Source: an uncultured Verrucomicrobiae bacterium
GTDB taxonomy: Bacteria > Verrucomicrobiota > Verrucomicrobiia > Chthoniobacterales > UBA10450
Assembly (NCBI GenBank): GCA_963726745.1
Contig: CAVSDR010000007.1
Location: forward strand, 32,001-96,000
Length of the DNA stretch: 64,000 bases
Direction: 5' to 3'
In this document: piece after piece, positions 30,692-40,634 of the stretch
Position numbering within the stretch: position 1 is the stretch's first letter
Layout: each line of letters starts with the position of its first letter
The notes under the pieces: model-generated
Seen by the model: the letters and a program-made list of their open reading frames with translations, nothing else
The model's database searches: none
What the model was told of the DNA's origin: nothing
Position numbers and translations under genes: made by a program

Positions 30692-31849
30692 CTAGACGCC
30701 CATTTCGGTGCTCCCAACCTTTGATCCCTCGACTTGGAACAAAGCGCGGCGCACGATCTGACACACCTCCTCCGCTTCTTCCTTCGTCAGCCGGAGAGAT
30801 GAGGGCAAATTGATTCCGCGAGCTCCGATCCTGTAGGCCGTCGGGTTGCGCTCGGCCCACGGGGTCCCCGCGAAGGATTCATAAGCCTGAAGAGAACTTA
30901 GCGGACTGAAGAACGGCCGGGTATCCAATCCCGCTGCACTGAGAATCTTGGCAGCCTGCTGCTTGTCGAAAGGATAGCGTTCGTCCCAGACGATCGTGTT
31001 CAACCAGTAGACCGAATCCACTTTCGGTCCCGGGCTATTGATCTGTACGCCCGGTAGTCCGGAAAGCCCTTCCTCATACCAGCGAAACGCCTGCCGTTTC
31101 ATTCCCAGGATTTCATTAATCCTTTGGATTTGCGCATAGCCCAACGCCGCCTGCATGGAACTAGCCTTATACTTGTAAGCGACCTCTGTGTTTTGGAAGC
31201 TATTGTCGCCGCGGTGCCGTCCGTGACTGCTCAAGAAAGCAGCCCGCTTGAAATGCTCTTCGTCGTCGGTCACGAACATTCCGCCTTCGCCAGTGCTGAG
31301 CGTCTTGGAACCGTGAAAACTGAAAGCACCCGTGACCCCCAAACTGCCGGCAAACTTTCCCTTATAGGTCGCGCCGACCGCTTCCGCCGCATCTTCCACA
31401 ATCGGCAGGCTGTGCTTCCGGGCCACCCGGCCGAGCTCGTCGTAATCCGGCATGTTCCCGTAGAGATCCACCGCAAGGATCGCGCGCGTTTTCGGAGTGA
31501 TGGCCGCCTCCACCGAAGCCGCTGCCAGGCACCACGTCTCCGGGTCGATGTCTGCAAATACCGGAGTAGCCCCGAGGTATGTAATCGGCGCGGCGGAGGC
31601 GATCCAGGTAGCCTCCGGGACGATCACCTCGTCACCCGGCCCCACACCGAGAGCCGCTAGAGAGAGATGCAGCGCCGAGGTGCCCGAAGGCAGAAACAGG
31701 GCGTGCTTCGCGCCGATGTAAGCCGCAAAGGCCGCTTCGAAAAGGTCGTGGTACTTGCTTGCCTGGTCATACCAGCAATTCGCGACCGCATCGGTCACGT
31801 ACTGGATTTCCAAGTCTGTGATGGAAGGACCTGCAATAGGGACGCGCAT
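30692..31849 (-). CDS. DegT/DnrJ aminotransferase, perosamine-synthase-like
   Basis: SGTSALHL, EDAAEA, FSFHGSKTLSTGEGG (PLP lysine), GINLPS. Confidence 0.93.
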   Translation of the reverse strand: MRVPIAGPSITDLEIQYVTDAVANCWYDQASKYHDLFEAAFAAYIGAKHALFLPSGTSALHLSLAALGVGPGDEVIVPEATWIASAAPITYLGATPVFADIDPETWCLAAASVEAAITPKTRAILAVDLYGNMPDYDELGRVARKHSLPIVEDAAEAVGATYKGKFAGSLGVTGAFSFHGSKTLSTGEGGMFVTDDEEHFKRAAFLSSHGRHRGDNSFQNTEVAYKYKASSMQAALGYAQIQRINEILGMKRQAFRWYEEGLSGLPGVQINSPGPKVDSVYWLNTIVWDERYPFDKQQAAKILSAAGLDTRPFFSPLSSLQAYESFAGTPWAERNPTAYRIGARGINLPSSLRLTKEEAEEVCQIVRRALFQVEGSKVGSTEMGV

Positions 31850-31861
31850 GTTCTTTGAAAG

Positions 31862-32533
31862 CTATTTTGGCCTGGCCGGCGACGTCGAAGTTCTGCGCAC
31901 AGTCGCGGGATTGCCGTAGACCACCGCGTTGTCCGCTACATCTTTGGTTACAACTGCCCCTGCGCCGATGATGGCGTTGCGACCGATTCGCAGACGTGAG
32001 AGCACAACCGCCCCCGCCCCGACGAAAGTATAGTCAGCAATTTCCACGCAACCAAGAACGCGCGCTCCCGGGGCGATGTGGACGCCACATCCTAAAACCG
32101 ACTCATGGTCGACGCTCGCGCTGGTGTTGATTAGGCACTGGTCCCCCAGCCTTGCGTCCGCCGCTATTGCAGCCTGCGCCAGTACATGGCAACCGGTTCC
32201 CAGATGCGCGGTCCTGGCGACGTAGGCCATCGGGTGAATTGCTCGGATAACTTCCACTCCACCCTCTTGCAGCACCGCCTGCAATTCCATCCTAGCTTGG
32301 CCAGGCGATCCGATTGCCACCGAACCCGCGAGATCAGCCAAAGTCTTAGTGGCCCTCCAGTCCAGAAACTCTCCTCGGCCTCGGAGGCAAATAACTCCCG
32401 GAAAAGGAGATTTTGCTCCAGGCGAATTATCCGCTACGGCCACCAAATCAAAGCCGGCAGGTCCGAGGAACTCATACAGAACCTTTGCATGGCCACTCGC
32501 GCCCCAAAGAATCAGCGGTCGCAGGGGATTCAA
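31862..32533 (-). CDS. Sugar N-acetyltransferase, NeuD/PglD/PerB family
   Basis: WGASGHAK, AIG, INTSASVDHE, hexapeptide repeats, GNPA. Confidence 0.9.
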   Translation of the reverse strand: MNPLRPLILWGASGHAKVLYEFLGPAGFDLVAVADNSPGAKSPFPGVICLRGRGEFLDWRATKTLADLAGSVAIGSPGQARMELQAVLQEGGVEVIRAIHPMAYVARTAHLGTGCHVLAQAAIAADARLGDQCLINTSASVDHESVLGCGVHIAPGARVLGCVEIADYTFVGAGAVVLSRLRIGRNAIIGAGAVVTKDVADNAVVYGNPATVRRTSTSPARPK

Positions 32534-32564
32534 CCTTTAAGAATGGGCCGCAACCTTGCGGGAT

Positions 32565-33518
32565 CTAAACCTCATCCGCCGGAGGATTATTTACTATTTG
32601 GAGAATTTCCTCATTGGTCAGGCGTGCGGTCGTCCCGGCTGAGAGACATTCCCTAGGTGGCTTCGCGGAAAGCTGATTAAAGGAGATCACGTAATGTTTA
32701 ATGCCGTTAAACTCGACTTCCCGTGTAAAGGGCAGCTCCAGCTCGCCGATCAAGGTCTCCTCGTGCCGCTCACCGGGACGTCCTGGAATTTGCCGCCAAC
32801 TTGCCCCTTCCTGGTCGCACCAAAGTTGCAGGATATCCTTGATCTGCGCTGCCTTCATGTAACGCGAGAGCAAGGTTCCATGCAGCTCGCCAACGTGCTG
32901 GATCGCGGTGACCACGAGATTGACCGCTTCGTCCACGGTGAAGAAGAAACGCAGCATCTCCGGGCCCGTGGTCTCGATCACACCCATCGTCGCGAGGTGC
33001 TTCTTCCAGAGAACCAGGACCGACGCCGTGGACCAGGCGACATTCCCGTAACGCACGCACATGAAGCGCGTGCCACCGCGCCCGTCCATCGAGCAAAACA
33101 TTCGCTCCATGATCGCCTTTGAGAGCCCATAGGTGTTGCGGACCGGAGGCGCGGCCTTGTCCGTCGAGATGCCGATAACGGTCTTGACCCCGCGATCGAT
33201 CGCCGCTCGCGCGACGTTCTGCGAGCCGACCACATTGACGTCGATCGTCTCCATCGGCTGCACCTCGGAAACGTCAACAAACTTGGTCGCAGCCGCGTGG
33301 ACCACTACGTCCGGCTTCTCCTGGGCGAAGATGTCGCGCACCGATTCGATGTGAGCCACATCCATCGCAATGGAGCGGCAGCCGCTGTAGGACGAGGAAA
33401 GGAAATTCTGTTTGTTATTCCGGGCGGCCAAGACCACGTCGTGCCCCAGTTCCCGCAGGCGCTTCCCCAGTCGGCGTCCGAGGAAACCGGAACCGCCCGT
33501 AATCAGTATTTTGTCCAT
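32565..33518 (-). CDS. NDP-sugar 4,6-dehydratase (PseB/FnlA/CapD-type SDR)
   Basis: GGSGFLG, HAAATKFV, STDKA, YGLSK, VRYGNV, RPGERHEE. Confidence 0.88.
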   Translation of the reverse strand: MDKILITGGSGFLGRRLGKRLRELGHDVVLAARNNKQNFLSSSYSGCRSIAMDVAHIESVRDIFAQEKPDVVVHAAATKFVDVSEVQPMETIDVNVVGSQNVARAAIDRGVKTVIGISTDKAAPPVRNTYGLSKAIMERMFCSMDGRGGTRFMCVRYGNVAWSTASVLVLWKKHLATMGVIETTGPEMLRFFFTVDEAVNLVVTAIQHVGELHGTLLSRYMKAAQIKDILQLWCDQEGASWRQIPGRPGERHEETLIGELELPFTREVEFNGIKHYVISFNQLSAKPPRECLSAGTTARLTNEEILQIVNNPPADEV

Positions 33519-33535
33519 GGTAAAAGTAACGAAAG

Positions 33536-34762
33536 CTAGATGATCCGAACCGTAGGGAGCGGGACGATAAACTTGCCGCCGCGCGCAGCGAACTCCTGCT
33601 CGTCAGCCACGATCTCCGCTTCATAGTTCCAAGCCGTCAACAAGGCATAGTCCGGGTAAGAGTCCCGAAACACGCTCCGCTCACGGATGGGGACGCCCAC
33701 GCCCGGGACCACCCGGCCATACCTAAGCGGAGAAAGGTCGCTTACATGATCCACCAAGTCAGGACCTATGCCGCAGAAGTTGAGCAAAATAGTGGCGCGT
33801 CCGCTGGCGCCATATGCCACCACCTTGCGACCGGCGCGCGCCAGGTCGGCGAGAAGGTCATGCAAGACCAGTCGGTGCCGTTCGGCAAAGGTGCGAAAAG
33901 CTGAAAGATCCAGCCGTTCCTCTTCCGCCAGGAGCTCGTCTACTGCCGATGTCCGCACCGCCTCGGCGTCGATGCGCGCAGCCGTCACCCGGATCGAGCC
34001 GCCGTGAATTGGAATCCGTTGGACGTCGATTACCTCCAGCTCGTGTGCGGCCAGGAGCTGCTGCAGGGAGCGCAGGGAGTAGTAGCAAGTGTGCTCGTGA
34101 TAGACCGTGTCGTATTGCTGCGTCCCTACCAAGTCCCCTTGGTAATGTACCTCAAAGACGAAACGTCCCGAAGGAGCCAGAAGGGCGCGAACCCCGGCCA
34201 CGAGCACATTGGGATCGTCCATGTGCGCGCAGACGTTATTCGCCACAATGATCTCCGCACTACCAAACTTAGCCAGGACCTGCTCGGCCGAGCGGCGGTC
34301 GAAATAACTTTGCACCAGTGGCCAGCCATTCTCCTCGCTGGCCCGGCGCGCCACGTCGGAGGGGTCCACCCCCACTACGCGGGCCCCGGATTTAGCCAGC
34401 GGATTGAGGAGGATGCCGTCATTGCACCCGATCTCCACAAAGAGCGGGTCTGCCATATCTCCGGTCATCCCACGCAGCTTTCCAGCGAGCGCTGTGTTGT
34501 GCTCCACCAGCGTGCGGTTAAACGACGAGCTGTAGGAGTAGTTCGCGAAAATCAGCTCCGGGTTCACCGTTTCGCTGACCTGGAGGAGCGTGCAATCAGT
34601 GCAGCGATGCAGGTGTAGCGGAAAGGTGCGCTTCGAGCGGGCGTCATCCGCCGGAAAGAACCCACCGGCAAGAGGCACCTGACCGTAATCCAACACCAGC
34701 TCCAAGTTGCGCGAAGCACAGACACGACAGTCCGTCCGAGTTACGAACGCTGTGTCTGCCAT
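33536..34762 (-). CDS. NDP-hexose C3-methyltransferase family protein
   Basis: Zn-binding CRVC…CTDC, EIGCNDG, YHEHTCYYS, IHGGS, YGASGR, LTAWNY, FIVPLP. Confidence 0.9.
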   Translation of the reverse strand: MADTAFVTRTDCRVCASRNLELVLDYGQVPLAGGFFPADDARSKRTFPLHLHRCTDCTLLQVSETVNPELIFANYSYSSSFNRTLVEHNTALAGKLRGMTGDMADPLFVEIGCNDGILLNPLAKSGARVVGVDPSDVARRASEENGWPLVQSYFDRRSAEQVLAKFGSAEIIVANNVCAHMDDPNVLVAGVRALLAPSGRFVFEVHYQGDLVGTQQYDTVYHEHTCYYSLRSLQQLLAAHELEVIDVQRIPIHGGSIRVTAARIDAEAVRTSAVDELLAEEERLDLSAFRTFAERHRLVLHDLLADLARAGRKVVAYGASGRATILLNFCGIGPDLVDHVSDLSPLRYGRVVPGVGVPIRERSVFRDSYPDYALLTAWNYEAEIVADEQEFAARGGKFIVPLPTVRII

Positions 34763-34767
34763 CGCTG

Positions 34768-35532
34768 CTACTCCCAGATCTTCCAAGGTGCTTCCCCGGA
34801 CTCCCATTGGCTTTCAAGTAACATCCGGTCGCGAATGTTATCCATGCACTGCCAGTAACCCGGATGACGATAAGCTGTCAGGCGCCCATCCAGAGCTACT
34901 TGCCGGAGCACCTCAAGACCGGTCGCATCGCTTTCGAGGTATTCGTAAAAATCCGGTTCCACCACCATGAACCCGCCATTGATCCAACCGCCGCCATGCT
35001 CCGGCTTCTCGTCAAACAAGCGCACGTATTCACTGTCCAAGGTAACTTCGCCGAAGCGCGCTGGCGATCTAACCGCTGTAAGCGTGACCGTCTTGCCGCT
35101 AGCTTGATGGAATGCGACCAGAGCGTTCAAATCGACATCGGAGACCGAATCGCCGTAAGCCAGGAGAAATGGCTCCTCCTCGAAATGTTCCCGCAAACGC
35201 CGAATCCTGCCGCCAGTATTCGTCTTCAAACCGGTATCGATAAGATGCACCCGCCAATCTTCGCGCGCAGTTGAGCGGGCGGTGACTTCGCCGGTGGCCA
35301 GGTCAATCGTGACATCCTTTTCCAGGGCGTAGTATTGGTGGAAGTAGCTTTTGATTGATTCGCCCTTATAACCCAAGGCACAGACAAACTCCTTGAAGCC
35401 GTAGAAAGCGTAATGCTTCATGATGTGCCAAAGGATAGGACGGCCCCCGATCGGCACCATCGGCTTTGGACGATACTCGGTTTCTTCCCGCAACCGTGTC
35501 CCCATCCCGCCGCAGAGGATTACGACCTTCAT
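34768..35532 (-). CDS. rfbF: Glucose-1-phosphate cytidylyltransferase
   Basis: LCGGMGTRLREET, KPMVPIG, TGGRIRR, WINGGF, WQCMD, APWKIW. Confidence 0.93.
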   Translation of the reverse strand: MKVVILCGGMGTRLREETEYRPKPMVPIGGRPILWHIMKHYAFYGFKEFVCALGYKGESIKSYFHQYYALEKDVTIDLATGEVTARSTAREDWRVHLIDTGLKTNTGGRIRRLREHFEEEPFLLAYGDSVSDVDLNALVAFHQASGKTVTLTAVRSPARFGEVTLDSEYVRLFDEKPEHGGGWINGGFMVVEPDFYEYLESDATGLEVLRQVALDGRLTAYRHPGYWQCMDNIRDRMLLESQWESGEAPWKIWE

Positions 35533-36821
35533 GCGATTCGTTCGATCCTCCAGTCCAGGCGCGGCCGGATAGGCCCCGGCATGGGGCCGGCATAGCCCGC
35601 GCGCGAAAGCATCAACGTCTCGTCGATGCGATCAACAACACTCAGCGCCAAGCCCTGCCGGTCGTAGAAGCTCACGTGGATTCCACTATAGAGAAACGTG
35701 AGGCCGAGCCCGATATTATATAGTCCGTTATTCAACAAATTACCCGGTACGGTGCAGCGCGCGGAATAAGTTCCGGCAGCGATCGGGTCGGCCACAAGCT
35801 CCGAAGCCGCCGCGACAAAGGCATAATCTCCGCGGCTGTCGAAGAAGTGAAAGTTAGGGTGTGGTCCTTGCGGGGCGTCGCGCAAAATTTCAAAGTCCAT
35901 TCGCACATGAAACGGATCGCGAATATCGACCTCGTGCACGGTCTCGCCGCTGCTGTTCTCGACTGCAGCGTAAAGCAGTCTTGCAAGGGAATCGCCCGGT
36001 GCATCACCGGAGTCCCGGTAGTCGATTACGTGCGGTGCCGCCCCGGAGGAGCCGAAGTATTTCGCAATTACCGCGCTCGGGTTTCCTTCCGCAGTCAGCT
36101 TCCCTTTCTCCAGCAGGAGCGCGCGCGTGCAGAGCGAGGTAATCATGCCGATTTGATGGCTCACGAAGAGGACCGTCCGGCCCTGGCGCTGCGAGACGTC
36201 CTGCATCTTGCCGACACACTTCTTTTGGAAGTCTGCGTCGCCCACGGCCAAGACTTCGTCCACTACCAGAATCTCCGGATCGAGATGGGCCGCCACGGCA
36301 AAAGCCAGGCGCACATACATCCCGCTGGAATAGCGTTTCACTGGCGAGTCGAGGAACTCCTCGATCCCGGAGAAATCGACAATCTCATCAAATTTCCGCT
36401 TAATTTCCGGACGCGTCATTCCGAGGATGGCGCCGTTCAGGAAGATATTCTCCCGGCCGGTCAGGTCGGGGTGGAATCCGGTGCCTACCTCCAGGAGACT
36501 CGCGATCCGGCCCTTGATCTTCACCTCGCCGCGGCTCGGCGTGGTCACCTGTGAAAGAATCTTTAGGAGCGTGCTCTTCCCGGCGCCGTTGCGTCCGATG
36601 ATTCCCAGAACCTCCCCCTCTCCCACCGCGAAGCTAACATCGTTCAGGGCCAGGAATCGCTTCCCGCCTACATGGGCCCCATTTTCACTCCCGATGACTG
36701 AACTCGGATCCGGAAGACCACGCCGGCGCGCCCACCACCGGGCAACGTCTTCTTTCAGCGTCGCGCCTCCGAGTGTCCCTAGGCGATACTCTTTGCTGAC
36801 GTGTTCGACTGAGATAACCAT
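35529..36821 (-). CDS. wzt: Polysaccharide ABC transporter ATPase with C-terminal carbohydrate-binding (Wzt_C) extension
   Basis: GRNGAGKST, YSSGM, DEVLAVGD, plus a ~180-aa C-terminal domain. Confidence 0.93.
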   Translation of the reverse strand: MVISVEHVSKEYRLGTLGGATLKEDVARWWARRRGLPDPSSVIGSENGAHVGGKRFLALNDVSFAVGEGEVLGIIGRNGAGKSTLLKILSQVTTPSRGEVKIKGRIASLLEVGTGFHPDLTGRENIFLNGAILGMTRPEIKRKFDEIVDFSGIEEFLDSPVKRYSSGMYVRLAFAVAAHLDPEILVVDEVLAVGDADFQKKCVGKMQDVSQRQGRTVLFVSHQIGMITSLCTRALLLEKGKLTAEGNPSAVIAKYFGSSGAAPHVIDYRDSGDAPGDSLARLLYAAVENSSGETVHEVDIRDPFHVRMDFEILRDAPQGPHPNFHFFDSRGDYAFVAAASELVADPIAAGTYSARCTVPGNLLNNGLYNIGLGLTFLYSGIHVSFYDRQGLALSVVDRIDETLMLSRAGYAGPMPGPIRPRLDWRIERIA

Positions 36822-36830
36822 CGCGCGCGC

Positions 36831-37779
36831 CTAGACGGTATCCATGAAGCTGCGCTCCACGTGCGTGAAGAGCATCAGCCCCACCAAGCAGGACTACGAC
36901 CATGACTCCGAAGCTGATCGCCAGATGAGTGACATCCACCAGCCCGGAGCCCAGGAAGGCCAAGCGAAAACCTTCCACCACCGGGGTGAGCGGATTCAAT
37001 TCCACCACCCAGCGGAATCCCGCCGGAACCACGGAGACCGGATAGATTACGGGAGTGGCATACATCATTAACTGCACGCCAAAGTTAACCAAATTGGCCA
37101 GATCGCGATACCGGGTCGTGAGTGCAGAAACGATGATGCCACAGCCGAGGCTGTAACCCGCCAGCATAAAGATGAAAAGCGGCGTCGCTGCGATCCACGG
37201 CGTCACATGCATCTCGCCAGTTCGAATCCAATACCAACCAAGAATGACCAGGAAGATTCCGAATTGAATCGCGAAGGTGATGAAGCTGGAAACCGTAATC
37301 GAGATCGGCAACACAAGGCGGTGAAAATAGACCTTCCCCAGCAAGTGGGTATTCCCCACGAAAGTGCTGGCTGTTTTCATGAGGTTTCCAGAAAAGAACC
37401 CCCATGCGACGAGTCCGGAGAGGTAGAAAAGAAAAGGCGGAATCCCGCCGGTCGACAGCCGCGCGACCTTGCTGAAGATGAGTGTAAACATCAACGTCGT
37501 CAGCAGCGGCTGGATAATGTGCCAGGCCGGCCCCAGCACGGTTTGCTTGTAGGCCGAAACAAAGTCGCGCCAGACGAACATCCCAATCAGGTCGCGATAG
37601 CGCCAGAGCTGCTGCAAGCGCCAGTCCAGCCAGCCGCGATGTCGAGTAATGGTAGTGGTCCACTCGATAGGCGCATCGCCCGGATGGCTCGTCTGCTGCG
37701 GTCCGGACATCTGCGCGACTCCTCCACCAGCGCCTTCCGCGTTATCTTGAAGGCTCACTTCATTGGCTTCTCTTTGCAT
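36831..37779 (-). CDS. wzm: Polysaccharide ABC transporter permease; +1 frameshift near the 3' end
   Basis: YKQTVLG, RYRDL, TPVIYP, LNPLT. The canonical ending LMLFTHVERSFMDTV* lies in another frame ending at 36831. Start may be ATG 37710. Confidence 0.9.
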
Positions 37780-37796
37780 TCAGACGACGAAGGTTA

Positions 37797-38711
37797 TCAG
37801 CTCCTGCTCGGAGGAACGCAAACTTTGCGGGCATAGGCTTCAGCCCGGAGGTGGGCGAAGGCCATCTTCCGCGAAAGGCCCCGATTGAAGAGTAAATGTT
37901 TCAAGTAACGCATCGTCGACCAACGGGCCGGGCGAGGGGCAACTGCCCGCCATTTATATTGCAGGAGCATGGAGGAGGCGTTCAAGCCTTCGGCCAAACG
38001 GACGAGATAGTCCTCACTCACCCGCTCGCTTGAAATAAGATGGGTAACGCGCAAGGAAGGGAACACACCCATCCCCCACCCTTTCGCGCAAGCGACATAA
38101 GCTATTTCAGTATCTCCGCCGCTCAGGAGCGCTCCGGACTCTCGATCGCCGAGGCGCACCTCCGATTGCTCGTAGAATTTGCGATATTCCAAGGCGACGG
38201 CGCGTCGGAGACAAAGGCCGGCGCCCCAAGGTTCCGCCTCCTGGCACGATGCCACGTTGCTCCACTGTGCAGTCTTAACCTCCCGCACCGCGAGGTAAGG
38301 AAGGAAGTCGCGCATTTCCGGCGAAGGTTCGGCTTCGAATTCGCCAATGATCGACCCTCCCCAGACCCCGAGGTTTGGCCATTCCTGCGCGATCGCCAGG
38401 GCTGCCTCGAGGTAATCAGGTGCCACCACATTGTCGTCATCGACGAACACCATCACTTCACCCTGAGCTTCCGCGAGACCTCGGAGCCGGGCGTTGCTAA
38501 GGCCTCCGATTTCCTCGCGAATGATCGCGCCGTGCGGGTGCCAGCCGAGATCCCAAGCACCGGCAAGAGACTCCGTCGACTTGCTGTCGATCACAATTAA
38601 TTCCCACTGCTCTTGCGGGAGCGACTGCTCCTTTAACCCATCTAGAACCCGACAGAAGCGCTCGCGCTGCGGGTTATGCGTGCAAATGAGGACTGACAGG
38701 AGGATGCCCAC
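37797..38711 (-). CDS. Glycosyltransferase family 2
   Basis: VLICTHN, GLSNAR, FVDDDN, GGDTEI. Confidence 0.9.
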   Translation of the reverse strand: MGILLSVLICTHNPQRERFCRVLDGLKEQSLPQEQWELIVIDSKSTESLAGAWDLGWHPHGAIIREEIGGLSNARLRGLAEAQGEVMVFVDDDNVVAPDYLEAALAIAQEWPNLGVWGGSIIGEFEAEPSPEMRDFLPYLAVREVKTAQWSNVASCQEAEPWGAGLCLRRAVALEYRKFYEQSEVRLGDRESGALLSGGDTEIAYVACAKGWGMGVFPSLRVTHLISSERVSEDYLVRLAEGLNASSMLLQYKWRAVAPRPARWSTMRYLKHLLFNRGLSRKMAFAHLRAEAYARKVCVPPSRS

Positions 38712-38819
38712 GAGTTGCTAGGAGCGGATTACGACGGGCACTGGGGCATCTTGCCGTCGGCCTGAAGCAATAAAAGAACGAGTTCGTCGTGAGCGCGTGA
38801 AATTCAATCACGCAGTCGC

Positions 38820-40628
38820 TCACTTGGGAGTGACCTGGAGATTACCTGGGGGAACCGGCCCGGAAGGAAGAACGCCCTCGAATTTCATCTGCGCGGGGAT
38901 CGAATTCGTCATGGGCGTGACATCCGGGCCTATTGGTGGAAAGGGTGCTCCCTTAGCCCACCATTTGGGCTTGGCCGACAGATACAGTGATGCCGGCAGG
39001 GTATGATCGGAGATCGTGTCGTCCCAGTGCGTTTGCTTGGTGACGTAGTCGTAGTTGCCGTGCCGCAGCAAGGTCGCGGCAACCTGGGGATCAGCAGGCG
39101 ATGTTCCGCCGCCCTCACCTGCGTAGCCCAGCATCCAAACCTTGTAAAAATTTCCATACGGCGCGGCGTCGGGCGCCAGCTTCTCGTAGACGCCCACACC
39201 TTTGGGATTCGACAAAGCTGCCAGGTCGGAGGCTATTTCGGGATAACCAAGGATATTTCCAACGGCGGTGAAGTTGCGCTGGTAAGCATCCAATTCAATC
39301 GAACAAAGAGCGGAGTCTTTGCCGGCCGCTTTTCCTTTCCACCAATTCCGGTAGATCGTGTTGTCGCCGCTATTTCCATGGAAGGTATCGGCCACGATTC
39401 CCCGGATGCCGACGTTTCCTTCAATCAAATTCATCATCGGATAAGACGAATGGAAGGCGATGTCCATCTTCTGGATGTTCGCCGTTTCGCTGGCGGCGTT
39501 GGTGAAGAAATTGTAGCCGATTACGCAACCCGCGGCACCGTAACCCACGGTTACGTGCCCCCGGTTTCCCTCGAAGATATTGTTCTCTATCAAGAGTGCG
39601 GTGGTCTTCGAATTCGGCTGGTCGCCACCGGGAGTTCCTAACTGGATGCCGTATCCGCGCGAAGAAGTGATCGGCGGTAACACACCCCGAAACGTGCTGT
39701 CGCGGATTTCACAGCGAAACGTATCGAAGGTCCAAATGTGGCAAAGCCCGGCATCAAGGCTGGTCACGCCCTTGACCCAGGAATAGGCGGTAAATTGCAT
39801 CGAGATATTGGCGTTGCCGTAAGGATGATTGTTCTTGATCGTGAGATTTTCCACCCCGGCGTACTCGGTAAAGTTTCTAGCTGGATTCGCCCCGTTGACC
39901 GGAAAACGAAGGCGCGGTTTGAGGCTGGCATCGTAGGTTTGATAAAGCGCCGGCGTGAAAGTGACCGTGTTTCCTGAGATTCCCGTGACCTCGAGCCACT
40001 GACCCCGTGCCCAGGGGCCACCACTCCCTTCACTTCCGCCGAAGATGAGCTGCGGGTCGTTCTCTGCTTGCAACTGCACTTTCACTCCCACTGCCAGCTC
40101 CTTGGTGGTCGCAACCTCGACGCTGGTTGACCCTTTGGCCGCGCCCGAGACCACCGCAATCGGGGTCGCGTAATACCAATAGGGCCCGTAGAATTTGATC
40201 ACATCGGCGGAAGGGAGATTCGACAGCAGCACCGTCCCCGGCCCGGATCCCCGAAGGACCACATGTCCGGGAATGGTCAGCGTCCGTCCGATCTTAAACG
40301 TCCCTGGTGGCAGCGCCACCACTTGCTCAGGCCCGCAAGCATTCAGTGCTGCCTGGATCGTTTCGGCCACATCCGAGTCGCCGGTCTTATCGATCGAATC
40401 GAGCATCTTAAAGATACTCGTGCGTGCCGGAATTCCACCCGGTAGTCCGCTCTGTGACCAATCGACTCTGCGCTCGGGAGGAATGATCTCTCCGTGGGCG
40501 ACCGAAGCGAGGAGGCGCAACCCGCAGAGCGCAACAAAGGCACGGCGCCTCCAGGTCGCCGCAGTACGCAGGGAAGTTGGTCGCAATGAAACATCCATAA
40601 CCATCTTGGCAAGCAGAGCGGGTGCCAT
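38820..40628 (-). CDS. Secreted parallel beta-helix (pectin-lyase-like) protein
   Basis: Signal peptide, IQAALNAC…LPPGTF…VVLRGSG N-terminal motif, and repeated IENNIF/LIEGN/IYRN beta-helix strands. Confidence 0.78.
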   Translation of the reverse strand: MAPALLAKMVMDVSLRPTSLRTAATWRRRAFVALCGLRLLASVAHGEIIPPERRVDWSQSGLPGGIPARTSIFKMLDSIDKTGDSDVAETIQAALNACGPEQVVALPPGTFKIGRTLTIPGHVVLRGSGPGTVLLSNLPSADVIKFYGPYWYYATPIAVVSGAAKGSTSVEVATTKELAVGVKVQLQAENDPQLIFGGSEGSGGPWARGQWLEVTGISGNTVTFTPALYQTYDASLKPRLRFPVNGANPARNFTEYAGVENLTIKNNHPYGNANISMQFTAYSWVKGVTSLDAGLCHIWTFDTFRCEIRDSTFRGVLPPITSSRGYGIQLGTPGGDQPNSKTTALLIENNIFEGNRGHVTVGYGAAGCVIGYNFFTNAASETANIQKMDIAFHSSYPMMNLIEGNVGIRGIVADTFHGNSGDNTIYRNWWKGKAAGKDSALCSIELDAYQRNFTAVGNILGYPEIASDLAALSNPKGVGVYEKLAPDAAPYGNFYKVWMLGYAGEGGGTSPADPQVAATLLRHGNYDYVTKQTHWDDTISDHTLPASLYLSAKPKWWAKGAPFPPIGPDVTPMTNSIPAQMKFEGVLPSGPVPPGNLQVTPK

Positions 40629-40634
40629 GGCCCG

